Below are positions 1-10,102 of a DNA stretch of 64,000 nt, one piece after another. The notes beneath the pieces are model-generated. The model saw nothing but the letters and a program-made list of their open reading frames with translations. It did no database searches and was not told the origin of the DNA. Location: NCBI GenBank assembly GCA_964437115.1, contig CAYTFE010000004.1, positions 1,942 through 65,941 of the forward strand. Reading direction: 5' to 3'. Every line of letters begins with the position of its first letter. Positions within the stretch are counted from its first letter, which is position 1. This stretch comes from an uncultured Fibrobacteraceae bacterium. GTDB lineage: Bacteria > Krumholzibacteriota > Krumholzibacteriia > LZORAL124-64-63. The position numbers and the translations under genes are program-made.

Positions 1-982
1 AATCCTTGAGGTTGACACACAACCTTCTCATCGCCCGCCCTCTGTGGCTTATTTCGTTCTTCTGAACACTACTCATCTCAGCCATTGTTCGATCAAAACC
101 GCATGGCTTGAACAAAGGATCATAGCCAAAACCAGCGTTTCCGCGCGGTTTTTCGACGATTTCCCCAAGTACCCTGCCAAATGTAGACATCTCCAACCAG
201 TGCATATGATTTACAGCTCTGCCTGGTGCATCGGTTGGAAGCCCGGCAGGGCATATATGAGTTGGTTCAGTTACATCGTCAGGTCCTGTTGCAAGCCAAA
301 TCCTTGGGTCAGGGAGACGCATTGCCGCAGGGTCTTCTGCTGCAGGGCGCTCACCTGAAAGTAACGGAGCGCAAAGCTCATCGAAAATCTTCTGCAACCG
401 ATCAGCATCCACACCAGGAGTCACAACATATTCTCTATTGATTGCATGGAACTGTTCCCACTGATTTTTTCTGCTCTGGAAATCCTCCCAGAAGTCATTT
501 TCCCTCTCCGGGAACCTGAACTCAACTGAGCGAGCAAACATGTTATGCAACCATCGGGAGTTGGCTGGAATTGCCTTTTTAGTTCCAGGAGTTGGATCAA
601 CAAGAACCGCACTGGTTACAAAATGTGCTTGTCTCATTCCTGCCGGGACATCGCGCATCATTTCAGCCAATAAATCACAGTTGCTGTTGTAGGTTGCATC
701 GTCACCGGAAAAGCGGGCAGCAAAAATGTCTGGCATCCCGCCTAGTGCCTGAACACAAAGAGCGGTGTCATCGGCAATAGCAATTTCGCCACAGTAAGCG
801 GCAGTGATAATTGCTTTGCGAGTTGCGTTACCAATAGCTGTTGTGCCGTCTTCTATCACATCGGGTAGTCCCGGATAGTCTTTTGCCGATTTTATTTCAA
901 AAGGAAGATCCGCAACAAGTTCTTCCAGCTCACGAACCTTATCTTCGTTTCTGCTTGCAAGAACAATTACCCTGCGGCTCAT
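1..982 (-). CDS. rdgB: Non-canonical purine NTP pyrophosphatase (RdgB/HAM1 family), 3' end runs off window start; carries ~130-aa internal insertion
   Basis: Manual reverse translation from ATG at 982-980: [23 protein letters not shown]...[23 protein letters not shown]...[14 protein letters not shown]...[insert]...[23 protein letters not shown]...[11 protein letters not shown]. Matches RdgB N-terminal (VLAS.N..K..E), central (SARYSG) and C-terminal (GFGYDP.F / SHRG.A) motifs. ATGA overlap with rph stop. The six-frame track has no ORF here because the reading frame runs off the window start (stop lies before position 1). Confidence 0.8.
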   Translation of the reverse strand, partial: MSRRVIVLASRNEDKVRELEELVADLPFEIKSAKDYPGLPDVIEDGTTAIGNATRKAIITAAYCGEIAIADDTALCVQALGGMPDIFAARFSGDDATYNSNCDLLAEMMRDVPAGMRQAHFVTSAVLVDPTPGTKKAIPANSRWLHNMFARSVEFRFPERENDFWEDFQSRKNQWEQFHAINREYVVTPGVDADRLQKIFDELCAPLLSGERPAAEDPAAMRLPDPRIWLATGPDDVTEPTHICPAGLPTDAPGRAVNHMHWLEMSTFGRVLGEIVEKPRGNAGFGYDPLFKPCGFDRTMAEMSSVQKNEISHRGRAMRRLCVNLKD

Positions 983-1689
983 ATTTCGAGAACCTTCTTT
1001 TGCAAGCCAATCAACTTATCGATTGCTTCACCAGCAAGGTCCAACATACTGTTCAATTCTTCTCTGGAATATGGTTCGCGCTCAGCAGTTCCCTGAACTT
1101 CCAGCAGTCCCGCATTGCTATCCATTACTACATTCATATCGGTACCAGCACGGGAATCTTCCTTATAGTCAAGATCGACAAGAACTTCCCCATCGACAAC
1201 ACCCAAACTCACTGCACCAACCATGCTGTTCATTGGATGGCGTTTAAGATTAAGTCTGGAAAGAGCATCATAAAGAGCAACCGATGCACCATTGATTGCT
1301 GCACAGCGAGTACCACCATCGGCACTGATAACATCACAATCTATAGTCACAGTTATCTCACCCAGAGCACCAAGGTCTGTGATTGAACGCATTGATCGAC
1401 CAATCAGCCGCTGGATTTCCATTGTCCTGCCACCCTGACCTTTGCCAGCAGCCTCTCTTCGCATTCTTTCTGATGTAGAACGGGGTAACATGCCATATTC
1501 AGCAGTCACCCAGCCACTGCCAGTGCCACGCATCCAACCTGGAACACCGTGCGCGATTGAGGCAGTGCAAATTACTTTTGTATCGCCCATTTCCACTAGA
1601 ACTGAGCCTTCAGCTTGAGGCAGGAAGTCTCGAGTCATTTTAACTGGACGTAATTGTACGGCCGTGCGGCCACCTGATCTTTCGCTCAC
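979..1689 (-). CDS. rph: Ribonuclease PH
   Basis: 236 aa; RNase PH signature regions ([10 protein letters not shown]..., [10 protein letters not shown]..., [13 protein letters not shown]); classic rph-rdgB adjacency. Confidence 0.95.
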   Translation of the reverse strand: MSERSGGRTAVQLRPVKMTRDFLPQAEGSVLVEMGDTKVICTASIAHGVPGWMRGTGSGWVTAEYGMLPRSTSERMRREAAGKGQGGRTMEIQRLIGRSMRSITDLGALGEITVTIDCDVISADGGTRCAAINGASVALYDALSRLNLKRHPMNSMVGAVSLGVVDGEVLVDLDYKEDSRAGTDMNVVMDSNAGLLEVQGTAEREPYSREELNSMLDLAGEAIDKLIGLQKKVLEI

Positions 1690-2513
1690 GCTTTTTCCTT
1701 TCGGGGAATGGACAAAATGCCCTCCCTCTCCAATTCATTCAAATTAACTGTCTCAACCGCATCAATTGGTTTCCCTAAAAATCGGGCGCCAACTTCACGG
1801 AATTTCCACGGAATATCACTCAGGCAAAATGAAATTTCTCCACTGCCCGACTCTTTTTTATTTTCAAGTTCCGATGCCGCTGCTTCTGCCAACGCTTCAG
1901 CAGAGTCAACCAACTTAACTTCATCGCCCATAAAATTGGCGATAGTTTCTTTTAATAATGGGTAATGAGTGCAACCAAGAATTAAAGTATCAACATTGTT
2001 TTTTAACGATTGCAAATAGTCTGCAGTTACAAGGTCAGTAACGTTGCCACTGGTCATACCCTCTTCAACAAGCGGCACAAACAGTGGACATTCTTTTGCG
2101 ATAACCCTGTCCTGTCCAACTTCTTGAACAAGCAGTTCCTGATAGCGATTACTACTAACAGTACCTCGAGTTGCAATTACACCAATTTTGCCACCGGCAG
2201 TTTTTTCAAGAGCTGACTGAACACCAGGTTTAATTACTCCAAGCACGGGGACATCAAGCTGTTCCTGCAGATAATCGATTGCAAATGCGCTTGCCGTGTT
2301 GCAGGCAACTACAATCATTTTCACGCCGCGGGATCGCAGGAATAGTGCATCCTGCATAGCAAATTCACGCACTGTGCGTGCGCCCTTGGTGCCATACGGG
2401 ACTCGGGCGGTATCGCCAAAATAGAGCAAATCTTCAGCAGGCAATCTGTGATGAAGTTCACGAAGAACAGTCAGTCCGCCCATACCGGAATCGAATACTC
2501 CAATTGGTCCCAT
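1686..2513 (-). CDS. murI: Glutamate racemase
   Basis: 275 aa; [30 protein letters not shown] motifs typical of MurI; 4-bp overlap with rph. Confidence 0.93.
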   Translation of the reverse strand: MGPIGVFDSGMGGLTVLRELHHRLPAEDLLYFGDTARVPYGTKGARTVREFAMQDALFLRSRGVKMIVVACNTASAFAIDYLQEQLDVPVLGVIKPGVQSALEKTAGGKIGVIATRGTVSSNRYQELLVQEVGQDRVIAKECPLFVPLVEEGMTSGNVTDLVTADYLQSLKNNVDTLILGCTHYPLLKETIANFMGDEVKLVDSAEALAEAAASELENKKESGSGEISFCLSDIPWKFREVGARFLGKPIDAVETVNLNELEREGILSIPRKEKA

Positions 2514-3092
2514 CTAGCGCCACTCCTGCAAATTAAACGTACGATCAAGTTCTATATGACCAGCCAGAGTTTCGCATTGAGCTTTATCAACAAGAATCAG
2601 GCAGGTGTCAATTTTCGGAAAGTTCCTGGCAATAGTAGTCATGATAACATTGATTGTTGCATGCTCCGCTGCAGATCCACCAGGATGTGCAGAAACCAGT
2701 TCACTGCTGAAATCTATCACTGCACTTTTTTTATTCTGATCATAGAATGCAGCCTGAACTTCTGTTCCAGGCGGTATGGCAGTTATCAAATTTTCATCTT
2801 CAGGTGCAACAGTAAGGGCGTTCAATGTAGCAATCAGATCGGCTTCTATCTCACCTGTGGTTGGTATCACAACCAGCTGTTCAGAAACAGTGCCAAAGTT
2901 ATTGATATAAGCCAACGATACAGTTCTGCTGCCAAACGCCTCAGGCTGGTCATCGTTTTTTATAGGCAATACAATTTCGGGGGTAGCCAGGGTAGACAAA
3001 AACCAGGTAATTCCACCGCCAATTCCAGCAAGGACTACAACAATTGCAACAACTATCCACCAGAATGAAGCACCGCTTTTCAAGTTTGTCAT
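2514..3092 (-). CDS. GerMN-domain membrane-anchored protein (GerM-like)
   Basis: 192 aa, N-terminal TM anchor, GerMN-like C-terminal domain; synteny gerM-murI-rph-rdgB as in Bacillus. Confidence 0.65.
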   Translation of the reverse strand: MTNLKSGASFWWIVVAIVVVLAGIGGGITWFLSTLATPEIVLPIKNDDQPEAFGSRTVSLAYINNFGTVSEQLVVIPTTGEIEADLIATLNALTVAPEDENLITAIPPGTEVQAAFYDQNKKSAVIDFSSELVSAHPGGSAAEHATINVIMTTIARNFPKIDTCLILVDKAQCETLAGHIELDRTFNLQEWR

Positions 3093-4585
3093 GGCGTTAC
3101 CTCTTCAGTTTTTTGGTGTTTGTCTCTAAAAATAATTACAGCATCAACAATACCGTCGGCAAGTTGTGAAAGGTATCTTTTGCTGGATAACTTCTTTTCC
3201 TCTTTGCTATTGGAAAGAAATCCTGTTTCGACAAGAACTGCCGGCATATTTGCACCTCGCAGAACCTTAAAACTTTCTCTTTTCACGCCTCTGCTGGTTG
3301 CACCTGTTTCATTGATCAATGTTTGCTGTATGATCTCCGCCAGGTCACTACTGTGAGTAAGGTGTAACTCCTGAACTCGTTCCCATCTTACAAAACCGCC
3401 AGCACCAGGTGGAGTCGTCAGTTCTGGTTGGAAAAACCATGTCTCAATCCCATTTGGTTTGTCATTGAACCAGCCGTTGCAATGGACCGAAATCATCAAA
3501 TCGCCGCCACTGAGATTGGCACGCTCACTTCTGACATCCAGATCGATCAGAATATCGGAATCACGGGTCAAGATAACTTCAAAACCTGCCGATCTGAATT
3601 TGCGCGACAAGATTTCAGCCAGGTTCAAGTTGATAATTTTTTCCTGAGTGCCGCGTGTCCCGATTTTACCAGAATCAAGCCCACCATGACCTGCATCGAT
3701 AACAATAGTTTTTATTGTAAGTGATTCTGCTCCATCGATTGCAGCCACAGGCTTTGCCATATTGACATACCCTCTGGCACGAGGTGCAGGCAGATCGATT
3801 TTACGAGTCTCTTCAAGTTGCAGAACAATAACTTTGCCTTTTTGCTCGCTGAAAGTTCTAAAACTGTTGACTGTTCTGTTCATTTTGAAAGAGACCAGCG
3901 CATATTCTTCAAGTTGCACAACCGAGACATCACTCAGCAGCCCACTTTCCTTCTCCATTTTTACAATGCTGGTATCAACCAGTGCACCATACAGCTTGAG
4001 CCGCACAGTTGAACTGGTGGGAGTATCTGTTCGCCACATTATTTTTTTACTGCAATGCAGTTTTGCGAAAGTAACTCTGTTGCCACTATCAACAGTCAGG
4101 CCGCGCACATTATAAAGTGCTGTGCCATATTCAAGCCTGCCTCTTGCCCTGTCCCATTGCACTGATTGACCGGTTAGAGCAGGAAATATTGAAGTAACAG
4201 CTTCCATCGGCAACCACAGATCACCTTCATGCATATATACTGGCGCACGAAGCATTACACCTTTGCCATCGACATTTATGAACCTGTTGTCAGCTAGAAA
4301 AACTACATTGTGGCCATTGACTTTTACTGTGAGCCTGCGCAGTTCCGGCTCCCAGAATCTTGAAGCCAGAAGCATGCTGGCTACATCGTGGGATTTAAGA
4401 AAGAGTTCTTGAGAATCGGTCATAAGTTCAAGCCCAAAGACACTGTTGTCAGGACGATTGCCTGTGTGACTTATTACAACACTTCTCAGCTGGGCGTCTG
4501 CATTAATTTCTGGCTGAGCAAATCGGCCATCAGCAATAGACGATGTAGCAACTAGCAGTAGAATTAAGAGAATTCGTTTCATCAA
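3089..4585 (-). CDS. N-acetylmuramoyl-L-alanine amidase (AmiC-like, AMIN + Amidase_3 domains)
   Basis: 498 aa with signal peptide; Amidase_3 motifs IVIDAGHGG...GTRG...EK..NL..A..L, ISVHCN...ETWF; ATGA overlap with GerMN gene. Confidence 0.85.
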   Translation of the reverse strand: MMKRILLILLLVATSSIADGRFAQPEINADAQLRSVVISHTGNRPDNSVFGLELMTDSQELFLKSHDVASMLLASRFWEPELRRLTVKVNGHNVVFLADNRFINVDGKGVMLRAPVYMHEGDLWLPMEAVTSIFPALTGQSVQWDRARGRLEYGTALYNVRGLTVDSGNRVTFAKLHCSKKIMWRTDTPTSSTVRLKLYGALVDTSIVKMEKESGLLSDVSVVQLEEYALVSFKMNRTVNSFRTFSEQKGKVIVLQLEETRKIDLPAPRARGYVNMAKPVAAIDGAESLTIKTIVIDAGHGGLDSGKIGTRGTQEKIINLNLAEILSRKFRSAGFEVILTRDSDILIDLDVRSERANLSGGDLMISVHCNGWFNDKPNGIETWFFQPELTTPPGAGGFVRWERVQELHLTHSSDLAEIIQQTLINETGATSRGVKRESFKVLRGANMPAVLVETGFLSNSKEEKKLSSKRYLSQLADGIVDAVIIFRDKHQKTEEVTP

Positions 4586-5052
4586 CCTCTTCCCAGCTCC
4601 CTCTGGATACGACGTTTTACATCTTTTTCAGCTTTTGCATGGCGTTTGTCGTGCATTTTTTTACCTCGACCAAGCCCCATTTCAACTTTCACCAATCCAC
4701 GTTTAAAATACAGTTTTAACGGTACAAGTGTCAGCCCTTTTTCTTCGAGCTTCGGCTTTAATTTTCGCAATTCCCTTTTAGTGATCAATAATTTACGACG
4801 ACGAAAAGGGTCATGGTTCTCACGAGTTGCAGGCTCATATGGACCGATGTGCAATTTGGCAAGCCACAATTCACCTTCAGCAAGGTCTCCATATGCATCA
4901 CCAAGATTGCATCGACCTTCACGCAAAGCCTTCACTTCAGTGCCCATCAAAACAATACCGGCCTCCCATTTATCGAGTATCTCATACTCATGGAAAGCTT
5001 TCCTGTTTTTTGCGATTATTTTAATACCTGCGTCACCGCTGGACTTCGCCAT
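4582..5052 (-). CDS. smpB: SsrA-binding protein SmpB
   Basis: IAKNRKAFHEYEI..., GTEVKALREG..., conserved SmpB core; start chosen at ATG 5052 (GGAG SD 6 nt upstream) rather than the track start 5064. Confidence 0.9.
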   Translation of the reverse strand: MAKSSGDAGIKIIAKNRKAFHEYEILDKWEAGIVLMGTEVKALREGRCNLGDAYGDLAEGELWLAKLHIGPYEPATRENHDPFRRRKLLITKRELRKLKPKLEEKGLTLVPLKLYFKRGLVKVEMGLGRGKKMHDKRHAKAEKDVKRRIQRELGRG

Positions 5053-5208
5053 TCTACACTCCAAGTTCCAATTGATTCCGTAACAGGTAGGAAATTAGCA
5101 TTTATGTCGAGAATACACAACCAGGTTGACACATCAATTTGGAATAGCTAGTTTTGGTCGGCGCGAAGCAATTGGTTGCATTAGACCTGACGCTTCCGCA
5201 AAGTGTGT

Positions 5209-5296
5209 GCCCGGGTGGCGGAATTGGTAGACGCGCTACGTTCAGGTCGTAGTGGGGTTCATCCCCGTGGGAGTTCGAGTCTCCCCTCGGGCACCA
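5209..5296 (+). tRNA. tRNA-Leu (anticodon CAG), with long variable arm and encoded CCA
   Basis: Acceptor gcccggg/ctcgggc (one G-U), D-loop aattggtaga, anticodon stem ctacg/cgtag with loop ttCAGgt, variable stem gggg/cccc, T-arm gggag-ttcgagt-ctccc, 3' acca. Confidence 0.85.
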
Positions 5297-5303
5297 TACT
5301 TCT

Positions 5304-6572
5304 CTAGTTGATATACCCCAAAGACTTCAACTGCTTCTTAATTTCGTCGTCTACTTCTGTCTGCTCTATAATAGTGTCAGTTCTTGCAGGTAAGAACGAT
5401 GCGTAACTGCTCATTTTATTTTCACTCAAATACTCAACATACTTTTGTCCATCATTAGTAAGCCCATCAGAAAGTACCACACCTGTCATCGGTTCCGATA
5501 CAGGCAATCCAAGAAGCGCAAGCAGTGTTGGTGCTGTGTCCAGCATTTCCATCTGCTCAAACTTATGTCCAGGTTTATAAAGTGGACTCCTGGTTGCAAA
5601 GATTCCCTGAGGCCGATGTTCCTGCACTCCAAACTGCCAACCACGTTTTCTATGCCTTGGACCATGAAATCCATGATCACTCATAATAGCAACTTGCTGA
5701 TCTGCCGGGAACAGAGCCAAAACTTCGCCAAGTAATTCATCTATAAACTTGTAATAGCCAGGAATAATGTTCCCTAGAACTGCAATATCCAACTCACTGT
5801 ATTGTCGAGGAGCAGTTTCAGTTTTCCAGTAACTCCAGAACTTGTGACTCACAACATCCAGCCCTCGGAAATATACAGCTGTAAGATCAAACTGCTGACC
5901 AGCTACAAGCTGCTTCAAAGTGGCAAGGTAAGTCAGATCACAGGCATAAATAATCCGCAACTCATCCAGCTTTGCTGCATACTCTTCTTCATGTCCTGAA
6001 AGAGCATCCAGGTCTATAAACCTGCTCAGCTCTGCGTTTGATATCGATTGCCAGTCAACGGTCAAATCATTCAAATCGATACTATCGGGCTGAACTATAG
6101 ACCCTTGCCTTGAGCCTTCCCTAGTAAACGACATATGATCGCTGACCATAATCCCATCAATAGGTTGTGCAGGCCAGGTCACCCACCAACCGATTACACA
6201 GCTGTTACGCCCGCTTCCACCTACGATGTCCCATAAAGCTGGTGCGCTCCAGTCGCTACTGCTTGAAAGTTCTTTTTTTTTGTTGAGAAACCCACCGATA
6301 CCATGGTCGCGTGGATGCAATCCTGTTGCAATACTGGCCCAGATGAGCGGCGACTTCTCCATCGGCACAAAACTCGTCAATGTACCTGAGCTGCCACTTT
6401 CAAGGAATGATTTGAAATTAGGCATTTCACCTGAAGATATCAGAGGATCGATAACCAGCCAATCGGCAGCATCAAAACCTATAACAACAAGTTTTTTATC
6501 AGCCGGGTGATCAGGAATACCACCACAACCGATAATAAACAATAAGGCAATCAGGGCTATAATCTTCATCAA
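5304..6572 (-). CDS. Alkaline phosphatase superfamily lipoprotein (type I phosphodiesterase/nucleotide pyrophosphatase-like)
   Basis: 422 aa; lipoprotein signal (LFIIGCGG); GFDAADW and MSDHGF motifs of the PF01663-type metalloenzyme core. Confidence 0.75.
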   Translation of the reverse strand: MMKIIALIALLFIIGCGGIPDHPADKKLVVIGFDAADWLVIDPLISSGEMPNFKSFLESGSSGTLTSFVPMEKSPLIWASIATGLHPRDHGIGGFLNKKKELSSSSDWSAPALWDIVGGSGRNSCVIGWWVTWPAQPIDGIMVSDHMSFTREGSRQGSIVQPDSIDLNDLTVDWQSISNAELSRFIDLDALSGHEEEYAAKLDELRIIYACDLTYLATLKQLVAGQQFDLTAVYFRGLDVVSHKFWSYWKTETAPRQYSELDIAVLGNIIPGYYKFIDELLGEVLALFPADQQVAIMSDHGFHGPRHRKRGWQFGVQEHRPQGIFATRSPLYKPGHKFEQMEMLDTAPTLLALLGLPVSEPMTGVVLSDGLTNDGQKYVEYLSENKMSSYASFLPARTDTIIEQTEVDDEIKKQLKSLGYIN

Positions 6573-6577
6573 TTCCT

Positions 6578-7393
6578 CTAGTCTACCAGTTCGCCTCTGG
6601 CTCTTTCATGTGTAACAATCAGGTCAATCAATTCATCGTGGAAGTGGCCATTTGTGCCGATTAAATCAGTTGAACCCGGAATATACGGTTTTCCGAGATG
6701 GTCGGAAATTCTGCCGCCAGCTTCCTGAACAAGCAGGATTCCAGGGGCAACATCGTAAATTGCTTGTGGCTTGCCACGTCCTGCAACTATACCATCATAA
6801 CGACCATCTGCAAGATACGCCATCTCAAGAGCAATAGTTCCGAATCGACGCATCTTCATAGATTCCATTACCAAAGCCTGGAGTAAGTTGGCGTTCTGTA
6901 CAAATCGGCCACCTTTTTGTAGCTGGAGACTGAGAATCGCATCGCCAAGAGTGTCTCTTTTACTTACGTGGATGGTTTTACCATTCAATCGTGCACCGCC
7001 ACCTTTTATGGCAGTAAAACATTCATCATGCAGCGGTTGATAAACCATTGTGGCAAGAACTTCATCGCCCTCCATAAGTGCAATTGAGCTGCAAAAGTTT
7101 GGCAAACCAAGTGCAAAATTCAAAGTGCCATCAACAGGATCAAGGTACCAGGTTCTGCCAGAAGTACCTTCTGTGAGACCAAATTCTTCGCCGGCCACTG
7201 CGTCGTCAGGATATGCTGCCTTGATTTTGTCAGTAATCATTCTCTCGACAGCTCTATCTGCTTCAGTAATTGCTTCTTTTGCAAATTTAAATTCCAGTTC
7301 ACCAGTTTTGCGGAACAATGAACGGATTTTATCTCCTATTTCATCTTTCCAACTGATCATTTCCATTTCAATGGCCTGGTACTGATTGCTCAT
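6578..7393 (-). CDS. Inositol monophosphatase family protein (SuhB-like)
   Basis: 271 aa; WYLDPVDGT, WD.APG..LV.EAGG motifs. Confidence 0.85.
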   Translation of the reverse strand: MSNQYQAIEMEMISWKDEIGDKIRSLFRKTGELEFKFAKEAITEADRAVERMITDKIKAAYPDDAVAGEEFGLTEGTSGRTWYLDPVDGTLNFALGLPNFCSSIALMEGDEVLATMVYQPLHDECFTAIKGGGARLNGKTIHVSKRDTLGDAILSLQLQKGGRFVQNANLLQALVMESMKMRRFGTIALEMAYLADGRYDGIVAGRGKPQAIYDVAPGILLVQEAGGRISDHLGKPYIPGSTDLIGTNGHFHDELIDLIVTHERARGELVD

Positions 7394-7579
7394 TCCTGCT
7401 CCTTGCTCGATTTGTTAAGTTTATGTACAGGCTAATGTTTTCGACAACGAAACCATCTCCTTGAGTGACAACAAAGCTCTTATGCTGTAAATTATCAGTT
7501 CAAGTGCAACTATCGGCAATATATTTCGTTTCACTTGAGGGTCTGGTTGTTTCTTCCGATTTTGAGAGACTGTTTATTC

Positions 7580-10102
7580 ATGAGTGCCGACAAATCGTCC
7601 AAACCAATTTTTTCCTCAGGGTTATCCTGGACGATGCATTTGTTTGCAGCCTTGCTGACAATAATACTCTGTTTGAGCATCAGTATCGATGCTGGCCGAG
7701 TTCACCCATACGATGGCACAAACTGGATTCCAGGTAAAGCAGAACCAACAATTACCGATGCCCCTCTTGTTATCGGCAACCGTGACAGAGCACTACAAAA
7801 TGGCGACCGCATTCTTGGTATCGGCAACCAGCTTGTAACTTCAACCCAGAATGCTGCTCATATTCTGTCCAAGCAGCAACCGAATTCAACCGTTTCCTAC
7901 CTTGTACAACGCGTTGATAGAGTTCTGGAGATTCCTGTCCATTTGTCTGCTTTCCGCACTGCGGGACGCTACTTTGGCTTCTTCATTTTCCTGTCATGTA
8001 TTTACATGCTTACCGGAGCCATTGTATACAGGCGTGGTCACAAAGCTCAGTCAGTACGACTGTTTTTCAGAATGAGTCTGCTTTTTGCAATCTTCTTTCT
8101 TACAAACCTGAACGGACCATCTTATTTCTGGGGCGATTTTGTAACCAGAAACGCAGCTGTTTTTTCACGATTTATGCTCCCTGCAATTTTTCTGCACTTT
8201 TTTCTTGTTTTCCCTGAAAAGAAATTTGCTCTGACAAAAAGACCGCTCCTTGAGCCAATGCTATATATTCTGCCGACACTTTTTTACATACAGTTTTCAA
8301 TAACACAGTTCACCGGCGACCAGCCGGACGGCATATATGCAAGCAGATGGCTTATTATGGGCAGCTATTTTACTGCCGGAATAATTGCTCTGCTACATAG
8401 TTACCTGATTATTAAAGACCCATTGCAAAGACAACGATTACGGATTCTGACTTTTGGAACATTGATTGGAGTCTTTCCTTTCCTGGCTTTGACAGCCTTG
8501 CCAGGAATCAGTCGCAACGAAACGCTGAATTTCCTGGGTACAGCTCCAATGCTTCTGTTGCCTATGAGTTTTGGCTACTCAATTGCCCGTTATAAAGTAA
8601 TGAACATTGAGCATCTGTTGCGTAGAAGCCTTACTTATACTGTAACAACAGGCATTGTAATTGCGACATATCTGGCAGCTACGCTCGGCTCCGGCACACT
8701 CTTGCTTCACTTGTTGAACATCAGCAATCGCACAGCCCAAGCAGGAATCACTTTACTGATTGCAGCTATCCTCTGGCCTTTGCGCTCAAAGTTACAAAAA
8801 GAGATCGACAAAGGATTCTTCCGCAGTCGAGGAAATCTGGCTACTGCCTTGAGCGAATTGAGTCGTGAGATTCCTGAGTTTTTGCAACGTGAACAAATGG
8901 TTGAACATATCAGTAATCGTCTATGCAATCTGCTCGGCTTGCCGGGAATTGCAACTTATACTCCTGGTAGTGAATGGAAATTACTACACCAGTTAAACCT
9001 GCAAAATCCCAAAAAACTCGCACTGCCGGCAATAACAAATCGTTTGTCCGAATTCTCTGAACCATTTTGGGTAGAACAGAAATCTGCTGATAATCTGGAT
9101 AAAATTGAGACCCAGGAGCAGCAGGAATTTGCATTACGAATGAAGGAAAGAGGACTACTGGCCAAGGCAAATATCGCTCTACTGGTTCCAATGAATGCAG
9201 GGAAAAAACTGGTTGGAATGCTGACAATTCCACATCGATCCGATGCTGACAGATACAGCCTCCAGGATATTGAGCTTTTATCCTCAATTGCCAGACAGAT
9301 GGCACTTCAATTCGAGAACTCCCGACTGATTGAAGAAGAACTGAATAAACAAAAATTGGAAGCTCAACTTTCTCTTGCCAGAGACATCCAGAGTAGATTG
9401 CTCCCTTCAACAATTCCGGAAATCGATGGCCATTCAATAGCGGCATGTAACATTAGTAGTGCTGAAGTGAGTGGCGATTATTATGATCTCATTCAACGTG
9501 ACAATGGCACCCTGGCACTAGTTATCAGCGATGTCAGTGGTAAAGGTATGCCGGCAAGCCTGCTGGCATCGAGCCTTCAGGCAAGCTTGCGTGCTCACTG
9601 CCAGAGCAGCAATTCACCATCGGTTATTTTGGACCGAGTTAACAAATACCTGTACCAAAGTACTGACTCCACGCTTTTTGCGACTCTATTTCTCGCAATT
9701 CTGAACCCTGAGAATCAAACTATCAGTTACTGCTCCGGAGGCCACAACCCTCCTGTTTTACAACGGGCAAACGGAGCCATGGAGCTGCTTGAAGCCGGTG
9801 GCTTACCATTAGGAGCATTTGATTTCAGTGATTACAGCGAAGCAACAGTGCCATTCACTCAGGGTGACTCTCTGTTGATGTACACTGATGGCTTAACTGA
9901 AACTTTTGATGCCGATGACAATGACTTTGGCGAGGATCGACTGAAGGATTTTCTCAGAGAAAACCAGCAACTTTCTGCTGACCAAATAGTGTCCGGATTG
10001 AGAACTGCAGTGCAGAATTTTTCAGGTAAAAAACAAGCAGATGACGATGTTACAATCGTCATACTGCAGGCAGCTTCTGAAGCTGTAATGGAAGGTAGAT
10101 AA
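7580..10102 (+). CDS. Membrane sensor phosphatase: PDZ-like domain + polytopic membrane region + GAF-like region + PP2C/SpoIIE-type serine phosphatase
   Basis: C-terminal RDIQSRLLP...SGDYYD...ISDVSGKGMPASLL...YCSGGHNPP...MYTDGLTE (PPM/SpoIIE phosphatase); about 8 hydrophobic segments; start could be 7535 or 7580. Confidence 0.75.
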   Translation: MSADKSSKPIFSSGLSWTMHLFAALLTIILCLSISIDAGRVHPYDGTNWIPGKAEPTITDAPLVIGNRDRALQNGDRILGIGNQLVTSTQNAAHILSKQQPNSTVSYLVQRVDRVLEIPVHLSAFRTAGRYFGFFIFLSCIYMLTGAIVYRRGHKAQSVRLFFRMSLLFAIFFLTNLNGPSYFWGDFVTRNAAVFSRFMLPAIFLHFFLVFPEKKFALTKRPLLEPMLYILPTLFYIQFSITQFTGDQPDGIYASRWLIMGSYFTAGIIALLHSYLIIKDPLQRQRLRILTFGTLIGVFPFLALTALPGISRNETLNFLGTAPMLLLPMSFGYSIARYKVMNIEHLLRRSLTYTVTTGIVIATYLAATLGSGTLLLHLLNISNRTAQAGITLLIAAILWPLRSKLQKEIDKGFFRSRGNLATALSELSREIPEFLQREQMVEHISNRLCNLLGLPGIATYTPGSEWKLLHQLNLQNPKKLALPAITNRLSEFSEPFWVEQKSADNLDKIETQEQQEFALRMKERGLLAKANIALLVPMNAGKKLVGMLTIPHRSDADRYSLQDIELLSSIARQMALQFENSRLIEEELNKQKLEAQLSLARDIQSRLLPSTIPEIDGHSIAACNISSAEVSGDYYDLIQRDNGTLALVISDVSGKGMPASLLASSLQASLRAHCQSSNSPSVILDRVNKYLYQSTDSTLFATLFLAILNPENQTISYCSGGHNPPVLQRANGAMELLEAGGLPLGAFDFSDYSEATVPFTQGDSLLMYTDGLTETFDADDNDFGEDRLKDFLRENQQLSADQIVSGLRTAVQNFSGKKQADDDVTIVILQAASEAVMEGR

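Noticed and set aside
841-1386. Plus-strand ORFs 44-358, 226-441, 592-780 and 841-1386 overlapping rdgB/rph
   Set aside because: Shadow ORFs opposite well-supported minus-strand genes; no recognisable motifs.
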